From a virus (taxonomy: Duplodnaviria > Heunggongvirae > Uroviricota > Caudoviricetes): a DNA stretch of 64,000 nt. Of the stretch, positions 16,670 through 25,121 are shown in pieces; position 1 is the first letter of the stretch, and every line of letters starts with the position of its first letter. The stretch is from IMG/VR virus record IMGVR_UViG_3300013126_000015, positions 22,818 to 86,817 of that record; one strand, written 5' to 3'. The notes under the pieces are model-generated. The model worked only from the letters and a program-made list of their open reading frames with translations. It had not been told where the DNA came from and ran no database searches. Position numbers and translations under genes: made by a program.

Positions 16670-16905
16670 AATTGTAAAATAAAGAAGTTGATGTGTTTTT
16701 CATTGCCAAATATAATCCCATACCATCCATATGGTGTATCATCGTCGTCACTTATGTCGTTATTTTCGTAGTATCGTAATTTATACTTAGATTTAACATA
16801 CTGATTCCATTTAGATAATCTAATTGGGTAATATTCAACTGTGGGGGAAACATTATATTCCCCCCACAATCTACTATATTGTTCACCGGATAATTCGTAT
16901 CTCAT
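16666..16905 (-). CDS. tandem paralog family I small protein
   Basis: ...GIIFGNEKHINFFILQL. Confidence 0.5.
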   Translation of the reverse strand: MRYELSGEQYSRLWGEYNVSPTVEYYPIRLSKWNQYVKSKYKLRYYENNDISDDDDTPYGWYGIIFGNEKHINFFILQL

Positions 16906-17165
16906 AATTTAAGAAGCAGCATTATTATTCTATTTTTAGTACCATATAGAGAACCATAGTAAATATCTGATGATTCATCTTCTGAAGTATTATATCTTAT
17001 TTTATATTTTTGTTTAATAAATGGAATCCAATTAAATGGGTCTGTATGAGATAACCTATTGGATTTTTGGTGATCGTTGTATTCTGGATCATTACAAATT
17101 AAAGCATGTAGCGATTCAAATTGGGTGTCATTTAGTATAATGTTCATAGTTGTAATAATATCCAA
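16902..17165 (-). CDS. tandem paralog family I small protein
   Basis: ...GSLYGTKNRIIMLLLKL. Confidence 0.45.
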   Translation of the reverse strand: MDIITTMNIILNDTQFESLHALICNDPEYNDHQKSNRLSHTDPFNWIPFIKQKYKIRYNTSEDESSDIYYGSLYGTKNRIIMLLLKL

Positions 17166-17407
17166 TTAATATTACGTTCATCGCCTTCTAATACTCCCCA
17201 ATATCCTTCTGGTAAATCAATATCGTAGATATGGAGTTCTTCATAATATTTTACATTGGTGGCTGGGTATCTTTCCGTAAAAATACGGGCACGTTTATCA
17301 GCCGCAATAATAGATGATAGCCCAAAAAAATCAGACATATAGTTATCCCACAACTTATAAAATTGTTCGCTAGAAAGATAATATCTCATAGTTGTAATAA
17401 TAACCAA
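17144..17407 (-). CDS. tandem paralog family I small protein
   Basis: MRYYLSSEQFYKLW...GYWGVLEGDERNINWILLQL. Confidence 0.55.
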   Translation of the reverse strand: MVIITTMRYYLSSEQFYKLWDNYMSDFFGLSSIIAADKRARIFTERYPATNVKYYEELHIYDIDLPEGYWGVLEGDERNINWILLQL

Positions 17408-17601
17408 TTAATGTTTTTTTCACTGCCAGTTAACATCCCCCAGAATCCTGGTTCTGATAATCGCTCAGAATAGAGAACGTTATTTTTACTTAACCATTCT
17501 TTAACCTCCAGATCAGTAGGTTCATGATACCACAAATCATTATACTGTTCTTCTGATAGAAAATATGTTATATCATCATTCATATTTGTAATAATAACCA
17601 A
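17386..17601 (-). CDS. tandem paralog family I small protein
   Basis: ...GFWGMLTGSEKNINWLLLQL. Confidence 0.55.
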   Translation of the reverse strand: MVIITNMNDDITYFLSEEQYNDLWYHEPTDLEVKEWLSKNNVLYSERLSEPGFWGMLTGSEKNINWLLLQL

Positions 17602-17840
17602 TTGATATATTTTTCATCCCCTGATAATACTCCATAATATCCCTCTCCATAATATCCCTCTTCATATTCGTCACTATTTTCATAATAAATTATATTCAAA
17701 TGTGCATAACGAGTAGTCCACAATGATTTTCTATTTTCATATTCGATAGACATATCATACTGTGGATCTGCCCATTGTTCATCATTTATAACGGTGTACC
17801 ACAGGTTTGTCCATTGATTTGATGATAGATAGTATTTCAT
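17580..17840 (-). CDS. tandem paralog family I small protein
   Basis: MKYYLSSNQWTNLW...SGDEKYINWLLLQI. Confidence 0.55.
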   Translation of the reverse strand: MKYYLSSNQWTNLWYTVINDEQWADPQYDMSIEYENRKSLWTTRYAHLNIIYYENSDEYEEGYYGEGYYGVLSGDEKYINWLLLQI

Positions 17841-17848
17841 AATTTATC

Positions 17849-18127
17849 TTATCTACTCAATAAAAACATTATATAATGATGACCATCTTGTTTAATAAAT
17901 TGCTTAAATTTTTCAACATCAGCTTCATTATACAAAATTAAAGTCATCTCAAATCTATCTAGAATCTGCGCAAATGTGCCTGTAGTATGATATTTTGATT
18001 TATGTTGTAATGTTGCATTAAAGATGTCTTTACAAAACTTGGTCAATGGTATGTTAGTATCATAATAATCACGGCATTTCACCAATGTTTCATATTTGTC
18101 TTTATTAATTTTAATTTTGATGCTCAT
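17849..18127 (-). CDS. small protein with family II-like C-terminus (...HHYIMFLLSR)
   Basis: C-terminal motif. Confidence 0.45.
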   Translation of the reverse strand: MSIKIKINKDKYETLVKCRDYYDTNIPLTKFCKDIFNATLQHKSKYHTTGTFAQILDRFEMTLILYNEADVEKFKQFIKQDGHHYIMFLLSR

Positions 18128-18396
18128 GAGTATCTTAGTACAAACATGTTATAATCAGACAATGATTCAAATGTTATGATATCTTCATCAACTGTTTCTG
18201 GATTTGTGGCGCGATTTGCGCGAAATGTAATCATAAGGAATTTTTGTAATTCTTCTTCAATATATTGCACACTATCGTCATCATCTGAAAGATCGTCAAG
18301 ATATTGATTATAGTTATGTTGTAAATATAAGTCAAACTTATCTATAATGTCATCTACCGACGATGGTGGCAATTGTGTAAAATAAATGGTATACAT
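18124..18396 (-). CDS. small protein with family II-like C-terminus (...DYNMFVLRYS)
   Basis: C-terminal motif. Confidence 0.45.
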   Translation of the reverse strand: MYTIYFTQLPPSSVDDIIDKFDLYLQHNYNQYLDDLSDDDDSVQYIEEELQKFLMITFRANRATNPETVDEDIITFESLSDYNMFVLRYS

Positions 18397-18402
18397 ATTA
18401 AA

Positions 18403-18618
18403 CTATTCCAGTGTTAATAAGAACATGTTATAATGTCCTTCTGATTTGAATTGCAGATAATTAATACATGTTGGGTACTCAGTATAACTAACCTGAATAT
18501 CATATGATGATACATAACTTATCAATTTTTCTGGATCATCGATGTTATATACTAGTTTTTGCCACCATGATGGACATTGTTCAAGCGATGGTTGAAGAAG
18601 AACTCTATGTACACTCAT
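18403..18618 (-). CDS. small protein with family II-like C-terminus (...HYNMFLLTLE)
   Basis: C-terminal motif. Confidence 0.45.
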   Translation of the reverse strand: MSVHRVLLQPSLEQCPSWWQKLVYNIDDPEKLISYVSSYDIQVSYTEYPTCINYLQFKSEGHYNMFLLTLE

Positions 18619-18842
18619 AAATTTTTTAATATGAACAAATTAACGTGATTATCATCACCTGATATCATGCCATTATACTGATTATCATTTGCATCGTTTT
18701 CATAATATGAAATATGATATAATGGATAGACGTGTTCATTCCAGTAATTCATCCTTTCTACTGATGAGATAGATTTTGTACCGATTGTTCTGTTCCAAAA
18801 ACAATAATGTTGATTTTTTGACAATGTATAATTTTTAATCAT
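18615..18842 (-). CDS. first gene of tandem array, family I-like (...GDDNHVNLFILKNL)
   Basis: consensus promoter 8 nt upstream of ATG. Confidence 0.5.
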   Translation of the reverse strand: MIKNYTLSKNQHYCFWNRTIGTKSISSVERMNYWNEHVYPLYHISYYENDANDNQYNGMISGDDNHVNLFILKNL

Positions 18843-18848
18843 ATATAA

Positions 18849-18877
18849 ATTATACAGAATTTTTTTGATGATGTCAA
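18849..18877 (-). promoter_or_regulatory. consensus sigma70 promoter (TTGACA 18877-18872, 17-nt spacer, TATAAT 18854-18849) driving the 5.7-kb tandem array; ATG only 8 nt after -10
   Basis: read directly. Confidence 0.6.
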
Positions 18878-18882
18878 TAAAA

Positions 18883-18900
18883 AAGGTCCTTTCGGACCTT
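18883..18900 (-). terminator. rho-independent terminator hairpin AAGGTCC-TTTC-GGACCTT with U-run on minus strand
   Basis: perfect 7-bp GC-containing stem, A/T runs on both sides. Confidence 0.6.
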
Positions 18901-18911
18901 TAATGATGTTG

Positions 18912-20168
18912 TTAGCCTGGGATATGGTAGAATGTTTTATACTTTCCGCCAGGAATATGACCCTTTTTGTACCCTTGTGGTTTCAGTTCAGTATAGATGA
19001 TGGACAATAATTGTGAACATATTGGTCTACCTGGAAACAGTTCATTAGCCATTTCTTCCAGTACAACGAATCCATTTTTCATTCGATGCTCATCCGCAAG
19101 TTGACGTATTTTTTCTTTATTTCGTTCAGTTTTTAATGAACTGAGTGGTGGCAATTTTGTAGCAGAGGATGGCACCGGTTCTGCAGGCGTTAGAAATGTG
19201 ACCATGGGTTTATTAGGTGTTGTGTATTGTTGATACGGTTTCGATTCTATTCTACCATTAACCTTATAATGGCCAACATTTTTACTATCAACACATATAA
19301 TCGGTGCACTGATTATTTCGATAAGAGTAGGAATTAATGAATCATCATTAACATGAATGTAGGTATTATTAAAATGAGTCTCTATTTTGGTCAGTTGGGT
19401 CAGTAAATGATCACCATCTTTTGGTACTGCGATATAATAACAACCAATTTCAGCAGCAATATCCGAGAACAATTGTTTATTTTCAGATGGTAAGATGATC
19501 CCATGGCCGTTTAACAATGCTTTACCAACCTCAACATCCGTGAATGTGGATGTTATTTCATCTACTTCAGTTGGTTGTTCTTGTGGCGTTTGTTGAGATT
19601 GTTGAGATTGCTGTGCTGCTTTGGTATTAACCGATGCCATATTCAGTGTATTTTCTACAGATTGTTCAAATAGCGGAAATACTGTATTAATTCTTTCAAA
19701 TGATTTACTGAGTTTTGATAATTTAGCAACATGTGACTTTTTGCTGATAAATTCTACAGGTACCAGATGTATATGACTCATACGAACAAAGTACCCTAAC
19801 TCTGGAGTATAATGTGCTTTATATTGGCTTTTATATTTTTTAACTAATGGGTCATCAGTTAAAAATATCAGAATATCGCTATAAGCTCGTTCATTATCTA
19901 ATGCGTATTCCACTGGTGCTACATATTTACCAATATCCGCATCATAGTAACTACCTCTACTGACATGGTATTTACCAAGATCACAATGTTCACTTATAGA
20001 AGAATCGAGCAGATAATATTTTGGATTAGGTCCATATTGGATGTCAGCATATGGTAAGAATTGTGTGTTTGTGTTTAATGGGATAACAGGGTACTTATGT
20101 GTTGTCCCGGATTTTTTTGAAGTTGATTTTGTAGTTGATTTTGTAGTTGATTTTGTAGTTGTAGCCAT
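18912..20168 (-). CDS. hypothetical protein (418 aa) with N-terminal TTKS x3 repeat (12-bp DNA tandem repeat 20123-20166) and QQSQQS low-complexity linker
   Basis: ORF; repeats read directly. Confidence 0.5.
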   Translation of the reverse strand: MATTTKSTTKSTTKSTSKKSGTTHKYPVIPLNTNTQFLPYADIQYGPNPKYYLLDSSISEHCDLGKYHVSRGSYYDADIGKYVAPVEYALDNERAYSDILIFLTDDPLVKKYKSQYKAHYTPELGYFVRMSHIHLVPVEFISKKSHVAKLSKLSKSFERINTVFPLFEQSVENTLNMASVNTKAAQQSQQSQQTPQEQPTEVDEITSTFTDVEVGKALLNGHGIILPSENKQLFSDIAAEIGCYYIAVPKDGDHLLTQLTKIETHFNNTYIHVNDDSLIPTLIEIISAPIICVDSKNVGHYKVNGRIESKPYQQYTTPNKPMVTFLTPAEPVPSSATKLPPLSSLKTERNKEKIRQLADEHRMKNGFVVLEEMANELFPGRPICSQLLSIIYTELKPQGYKKGHIPGGKYKTFYHIPG

Positions 20169-20244
20169 GATTACTCTTCGTTGATGTTGAAAGGAAACGT
20201 GCTAAGTTATGCACCATCTATTATAGCAACTTGCGTTGATTATG

Positions 20245-20880
20245 TCAATAAATTAATGAATCAATTCTTTTGAATTTTATGTTAAATGCATGACAAACCA
20301 ATTCAATTTCTCGAAGACATTGATCACGACCACCACCCATCATATAAAATGGCTGAAGAGAATGAAGCAAGTGAATTGGCACCCAATCTTGAACGAATAT
20401 AGAATCACTATTATTTTCTAATACTTCTTGCGCATCATCTGATAATAATTCTGGATTAAGATCCCTGGAATCATTCTGTTTTTGATTGTACATTGCTCTG
20501 ATGATTTCAATTATGATATGGTTATCAACCCCAGAGTCCATGTAACCTCTCAAAAATCCAAATTCTTTCTGAATGAATTGTGCATTTTGTAATTTTTGTT
20601 CCAATGGTGTTTGTTCTGCTGGTATATAATCATCTTCCTCGTCATCATAAACATATCCATCATATTCTTCATCATGTCCTGCAAGATAATTCAGTACTTG
20701 GTCCGGTGTATCACCCCCACCAAAATCATTATATACTATTACAATTTTTCCATTTGCTTTTTGAATCATTTGTTGAACACCTGGAAGAATATTATTGGCA
20801 TAATTTTGATATTCAGGTTGAACATCAATAATTAATAAATTGGTATTGGATGATTCTGTTAAAAATTCTTTTGCTCTCAT
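20245..20880 (-). CDS. CTS-bearing (MRAKEFLTE) isochorismatase-family hydrolase-like protein (possible nicotinamidase)
   Basis: LLIIDVQPEY and GGGRDQCL resemble isochorismatase/PncA motifs; CTS-like N-terminus. Confidence 0.35.
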   Translation of the reverse strand: MRAKEFLTESSNTNLLIIDVQPEYQNYANNILPGVQQMIQKANGKIVIVYNDFGGGDTPDQVLNYLAGHDEEYDGYVYDDEEDDYIPAEQTPLEQKLQNAQFIQKEFGFLRGYMDSGVDNHIIIEIIRAMYNQKQNDSRDLNPELLSDDAQEVLENNSDSIFVQDWVPIHLLHSLQPFYMMGGGRDQCLREIELVCHAFNIKFKRIDSLIY

Positions 20881-22325
20881 AATGCTTCCTGTTCCTTATT
20901 TTTTATAACCAGTGCAATGGTGTTTAATGATATTTCTGGTGTCATTAATGCGTCATATGCCATTTTTCGTTTTTCAACAGGAACTTCGGTATCTATTGAA
21001 AAATACATATCAACTAATATTTTTCTAATTTCTTGTTCTGATAGACCATTAGTATTGATATTTTTAGATTGTAATAGATCCAATGCCCCTTTATTCTCAA
21101 ATTTAAATTTGATGGTATTAGTCATATATTTTAGATTTCTATGATCTTTTTCATATGCTATATTACAGATTTCTTCTGTTCTAAATTCAGTAGGAATTAA
21201 TCCCAAGAATTCTGTTGGCGATTTAATATTTGTTGCAAATTGAAGATATAGGTTATAATCTTTTAATTCGTCTGGAATATAATGTAATGGATTATTTTCT
21301 CTATATACTATCACAAATGGTTTTGTTAAATGTTCTAGCCATTTTCTATATTTAAGTCTGTTTATATCAGGCGTAATTTCAGATTGAGGTATATATTCCC
21401 ATACATCTGGGTTATTATGGGAAATGTCTTTATAAAAATCCAATGACTTTCCATGTATGGCTTTTAACGCTGGTGCAAAATTTTTCACTCCTATTCTTAA
21501 TATAGGATCAGGAATATCATTGATAACATCAGGGTTATATCTGAATAAGCTCATTATATATATTGCACAATATCCATTTTCTTTCGTTAGCATTAATGCT
21601 TTTTCAATTTGTCTATCACGATTTTTTATATTGTTATGCATATTAGCATTATCTAAAAAACTCATTGCACTTTTATACTTTTCTTTTGAGCTGCTAATAT
21701 CTGTTAAGTGTTTATTAATGATAGTTTGCTTAATTTGTTGAGCAGATAGTTTAGTAGCAGCAGTGAATTGTTGCTCTGACATTGAGTTATCTTGTTGATC
21801 AAATATTTCAATTTGTTCAATATCCTGATGAATGGCTAATGCCCACATAGTAGAAGATGGCCACGTAGTAGAAGATGCCATATCATTAGTGGGCTTTTTC
21901 TGTAAGCAGTATACCAATATTACACTTCTATCATAAAAGTATTCTTCAAAATAACTTTGTGTTGGTTTTGTTGTACACCAGCTTGACTCTTTACCATGAA
22001 AACATGATGCATCTTTATCTAATGGTATTACTATCAACCATTCATCATTTTCTTCTAAAGTAATGGATTGTCCTTTAGCTTTCTTACGTTTTATGTTTGT
22101 TTTGGTTTGTCCAGGATCAAATTCATCGACAAATGATTTAAATTCATCAAATGGCTGTTTACCCCAATAATCAATATTTTTTTGATTAATATCGGTTATT
22201 TGTTTTTTATCTACTAACTGTTTAAATTTGTTAATATACTGAGTAACTATAGTTTCATCATTTTTTTGTGAAAACTTTGATTTTACTTCTTTATATCCTT
22301 CTAATATAAATTCTTTTGCTCTCAT
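20877..22325 (-). CDS. putative internal protein with CTS (MRAKEFILE), 482 aa
   Basis: N-terminal 9 aa and upstream DNA conserved with 20245 and 15181 genes. Confidence 0.45.
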   Translation of the reverse strand: MRAKEFILEGYKEVKSKFSQKNDETIVTQYINKFKQLVDKKQITDINQKNIDYWGKQPFDEFKSFVDEFDPGQTKTNIKRKKAKGQSITLEENDEWLIVIPLDKDASCFHGKESSWCTTKPTQSYFEEYFYDRSVILVYCLQKKPTNDMASSTTWPSSTMWALAIHQDIEQIEIFDQQDNSMSEQQFTAATKLSAQQIKQTIINKHLTDISSSKEKYKSAMSFLDNANMHNNIKNRDRQIEKALMLTKENGYCAIYIMSLFRYNPDVINDIPDPILRIGVKNFAPALKAIHGKSLDFYKDISHNNPDVWEYIPQSEITPDINRLKYRKWLEHLTKPFVIVYRENNPLHYIPDELKDYNLYLQFATNIKSPTEFLGLIPTEFRTEEICNIAYEKDHRNLKYMTNTIKFKFENKGALDLLQSKNINTNGLSEQEIRKILVDMYFSIDTEVPVEKRKMAYDALMTPEISLNTIALVIKNKEQEAL

Positions 22326-23020
22326 TATTTTTCAAACCTTGTGGTAATTGGGTCAATTAATACTGCTTGCCCATTTTTTCTTCTCATGATATTATTAAAG
22401 TGCATATCAGGTTCAAATTGATTATTTCTGAATAATGGCTCTAATATTCTTAATGCTTGGGAAAATTGTTTATTTGTAGTTGAATGTCGAATTTTATTTC
22501 TGGTATTATCATCAAAAAATGCTTTCGAAAATTTAACATGGGCTGGGAATTTTCCACTAGGATCAGTCGAGTTGACAATATCCATTATTCCTAGATTATT
22601 ACACAATAATTCTACACCATTATTTGGATAGTCAAATAATCGTTCCATTACAATTAATAATTGATATTTTGCCTTTGATTGTTCTGGTTCCAAAAAGAAA
22701 TCATGTTGTTGTTCAAACCATTCCATATCATCATATGAAAATTTACTTATATCATATAATTTGAATTTAAGGATTTTTGGAAAGAATTGGTTTTCTGGAT
22801 GATTATGGCATACTCTTAAAAATTGATATGCTGGATCTGATGGACCACTTATTGCAACAAATTTAAGGATGATATTCGGGTTATTTTGAACAGCATATGC
22901 TATAGCTTGAATTCCATTTCCAAGATATGATAATTGTGGTTTATTAATTACACCAGATAATGGTTTTTTTGATGTGGGTATTTCTATTTTCTTTTCTAAG
23001 ATGAGTTCATGAATTTTCAT
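22325..23020 (-). CDS. kinase-like paralog with CTS-like N-terminus (MKIHELILE); degenerate catalytic motif
   Basis: C-terminus ...NGQAVLIDP paralogous to 23024 gene. Confidence 0.4.
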   Translation of the reverse strand: MKIHELILEKKIEIPTSKKPLSGVINKPQLSYLGNGIQAIAYAVQNNPNIILKFVAISGPSDPAYQFLRVCHNHPENQFFPKILKFKLYDISKFSYDDMEWFEQQHDFFLEPEQSKAKYQLLIVMERLFDYPNNGVELLCNNLGIMDIVNSTDPSGKFPAHVKFSKAFFDDNTRNKIRHSTTNKQFSQALRILEPLFRNNQFEPDMHFNNIMRRKNGQAVLIDPITTRFEK

Positions 23021-23023
23021 ATA

Positions 23024-23650
23024 TTAAACCATTGGGTCGATAACAACAAGGTCGCCATTTTCACGTTGCATAATGTTTCCGCGATGTAGGTCTAACACAT
23101 GGGATGGATATGTATTCATCAAGTCAACCATTAATTCAAATATTTTTGGATAATCATGGCGTAATGTTTGGATTCTGGACGGATCATTGTTCATAAACCA
23201 TTCTATATCACTTTTATCACCTATCGATGATATGATGCCAACTAACGAATTGTATTGGTCATTGCGCGAAATTCTATGTAATTTTTCAATTCTAACAACA
23301 AAAGTATTGTCGTTGATTTTAATGATATTGCCCTTAAACTTTGGAATTAAAGGATTATTTTGATGTTGTCTTGCATATTGTATGTAATCAAAATACGCTT
23401 TATCATGTGTGAATATTTTGAACACCCATGGGTAGTTAGGATGTTCAAATGCTGTTCCACCTTGCCCCGGTGAACCAACAGCATTAAATCCATTATCTAC
23501 CATATACTTTTGAAATTGTATTAATCGAGATATTCTATTATTAACCCCAGACAAATCCCCATGGAAAATTTCTTGGGATTTTTTGTAATGGTCGTTTTGT
23601 TTGTATCCAGTAAGTTCACGAATATGCATCTTGTATTTATGCTTATTCAT
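23024..23650 (-). CDS. protein kinase-like fold protein (APH/ChoK-like HxDLHRGNI ... VVIDP)
   Basis: catalytic-loop-like DLHRGNIM and IDP motif. Confidence 0.4.
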   Translation of the reverse strand: MNKHKYKMHIRELTGYKQNDHYKKSQEIFHGDLSGVNNRISRLIQFQKYMVDNGFNAVGSPGQGGTAFEHPNYPWVFKIFTHDKAYFDYIQYARQHQNNPLIPKFKGNIIKINDNTFVVRIEKLHRISRNDQYNSLVGIISSIGDKSDIEWFMNNDPSRIQTLRHDYPKIFELMVDLMNTYPSHVLDLHRGNIMQRENGDLVVIDPMV

Positions 23651-23658
23651 GCATTATA

Positions 23659-23877
23659 TTACTTAACTCTGATTGCCTTTTTTTTCACCCACTTAAATTC
23701 TTCTTCATCAAATTTATTATCGAATAGGTTCTTTACTATTTTCGCAGATTGTTTATATTCTTGCCAAACTTTATCAGAATCGTCAATTAAGTTTCTATTT
23801 TTACTTTTGGTATAAACAAATACTTTTTTATATTTTTTAAATGAGTTTGAATTGGGTGCTAATTGATAATATAGCAT
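23659..23877 (-). CDS. hypothetical protein (72 aa)
   Basis: ORF. Confidence 0.35.
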   Translation of the reverse strand: MLYYQLAPNSNSFKKYKKVFVYTKSKNRNLIDDSDKVWQEYKQSAKIVKNLFDNKFDEEEFKWVKKKAIRVK

Positions 23878-23878
23878 T

Positions 23879-24187
23879 CTACCCTTTGAATATTTTTTTT
23901 AATATCTTACGGTTGTTTGTGACATTGTGTTGACCAATATCAACGGCTCTCAATTTAATCCACCTGAATTCTTTAATATCTTCATCAGATATTTTACCAG
24001 TTTCTCCGGTTCGATTTTTAATAAGAAATACTTCTCCAGAAATATTGTTTTCTGCCCACACACGGTCACTTGATAATATTACTTTATACATTACCTTTTC
24101 CAATCGTACTACTGGTGGGTAATCCGATATATACGGATTAATTACAGCATAAATGGTCCAGTTGTTATCTAGTAAATTAATGTCCAT
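23879..24187 (-). CDS. hypothetical protein (102 aa)
   Basis: ORF. Confidence 0.4.
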   Translation of the reverse strand: MDINLLDNNWTIYAVINPYISDYPPVVRLEKVMYKVILSSDRVWAENNISGEVFLIKNRTGETGKISDEDIKEFRWIKLRAVDIGQHNVTNNRKILKKIFKG

Positions 24188-25064
24188 ATTTTTCTATTAT
24201 AGATTTGATGTCATTAATAATATTTTGATTTACATCAATTGAAATGGCGCTAGAAATAGAACCATAGTGCATTTCCAATGATTCAAATAATAATTTCTTA
24301 ATTGTATTTTCGTCTGGCGCATACCGCAAGGTTGATTCATGATACAATTTATCTAAATATTTTTCTTTTTCTGCAAACCATTCTTCATTTTTTTCAATTG
24401 GCCATTCACCATTTCTTACTGAACGTAGTAATGGTCCGTTGCATTCAAGATCTAAATCATGATGCTCCAATATCTGTTCACACTCAAGTCCAAGACGTAA
24501 AATATGATATAAAAACTTCGTATCATACCCAACTCTATCTATTGTTTCTTGCCGTTTTTTATTTGATCTATTAGCTCCATTTTTAAATTTAGATATTTGT
24601 GAAAACATGTATCCACGGAATTTATGGAATGAACCTTTATGTAGGAATAGTTTTCTATTTGTTCTAATATGCTCGTATATTCCAGTAGAATGTAGTACAC
24701 ATCGTCTAGGCAAAAACAGAACGTCAACCATATTTGGATTATTTTCCATTGCCAATTGAAAGAATTTAACAATATTATAGATTGTTAAATCTATTTCTTT
24801 ACGATGCTCTTTTAGTTCAATATGGTGTTGTTGAAATACATCAAATCGTTGTTGCTGAGAACCAAATCCTAAAATTTCACCGGCAAGATGCGGGAAAATA
24901 ATTTCTTTTGGTGGAATACAGAATCCTACAATATCCATATCAGATGCATCATCAGATGCTGCATATGCAATAGAGCCTGTCATCCCTTCAAACATGGTGT
25001 TATCAGGTAACCATTTTGGTGGAGTAATTAGATTTTTTTGTGAAAGAATTTTTGAATATTGCAT
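24177..25064 (-). CDS. Pol-beta superfamily nucleotidyltransferase (GS-x10-DMD motif) with C-terminal helical domain
   Basis: MTGSIAYAASDDASDMDIVGF and downstream VDVLF carboxylate. Confidence 0.45.
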   Translation of the reverse strand: MQYSKILSQKNLITPPKWLPDNTMFEGMTGSIAYAASDDASDMDIVGFCIPPKEIIFPHLAGEILGFGSQQQRFDVFQQHHIELKEHRKEIDLTIYNIVKFFQLAMENNPNMVDVLFLPRRCVLHSTGIYEHIRTNRKLFLHKGSFHKFRGYMFSQISKFKNGANRSNKKRQETIDRVGYDTKFLYHILRLGLECEQILEHHDLDLECNGPLLRSVRNGEWPIEKNEEWFAEKEKYLDKLYHESTLRYAPDENTIKKLLFESLEMHYGSISSAISIDVNQNIINDIKSIIEKYGH

Positions 25065-25121
25065 TAGGATTCTCCGTGACTGATATATTATTATATCATA
25101 TCACGGAGACAATGCAACTAA

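Noticed and set aside
20580-21741. Plus-strand ORFs 20580..20831, 20596..20835, 20917..21144 and 21457..21741
   Set aside because: They are antisense to the CTS-protein genes. Their I/F/L-rich sequences are typical of AT-rich reverse frames.
15181-22325. Interpreting the shared MRAKEF N-termini as a duplicated promoter or 5' UTR only
   Set aside because: The conservation extends over the first 8-9 codons, including the (L/I)xE position, and matches the T4 capsid-targeting sequence logic. A functional targeting peptide is the better explanation, though a recent 5' duplication is not excluded.
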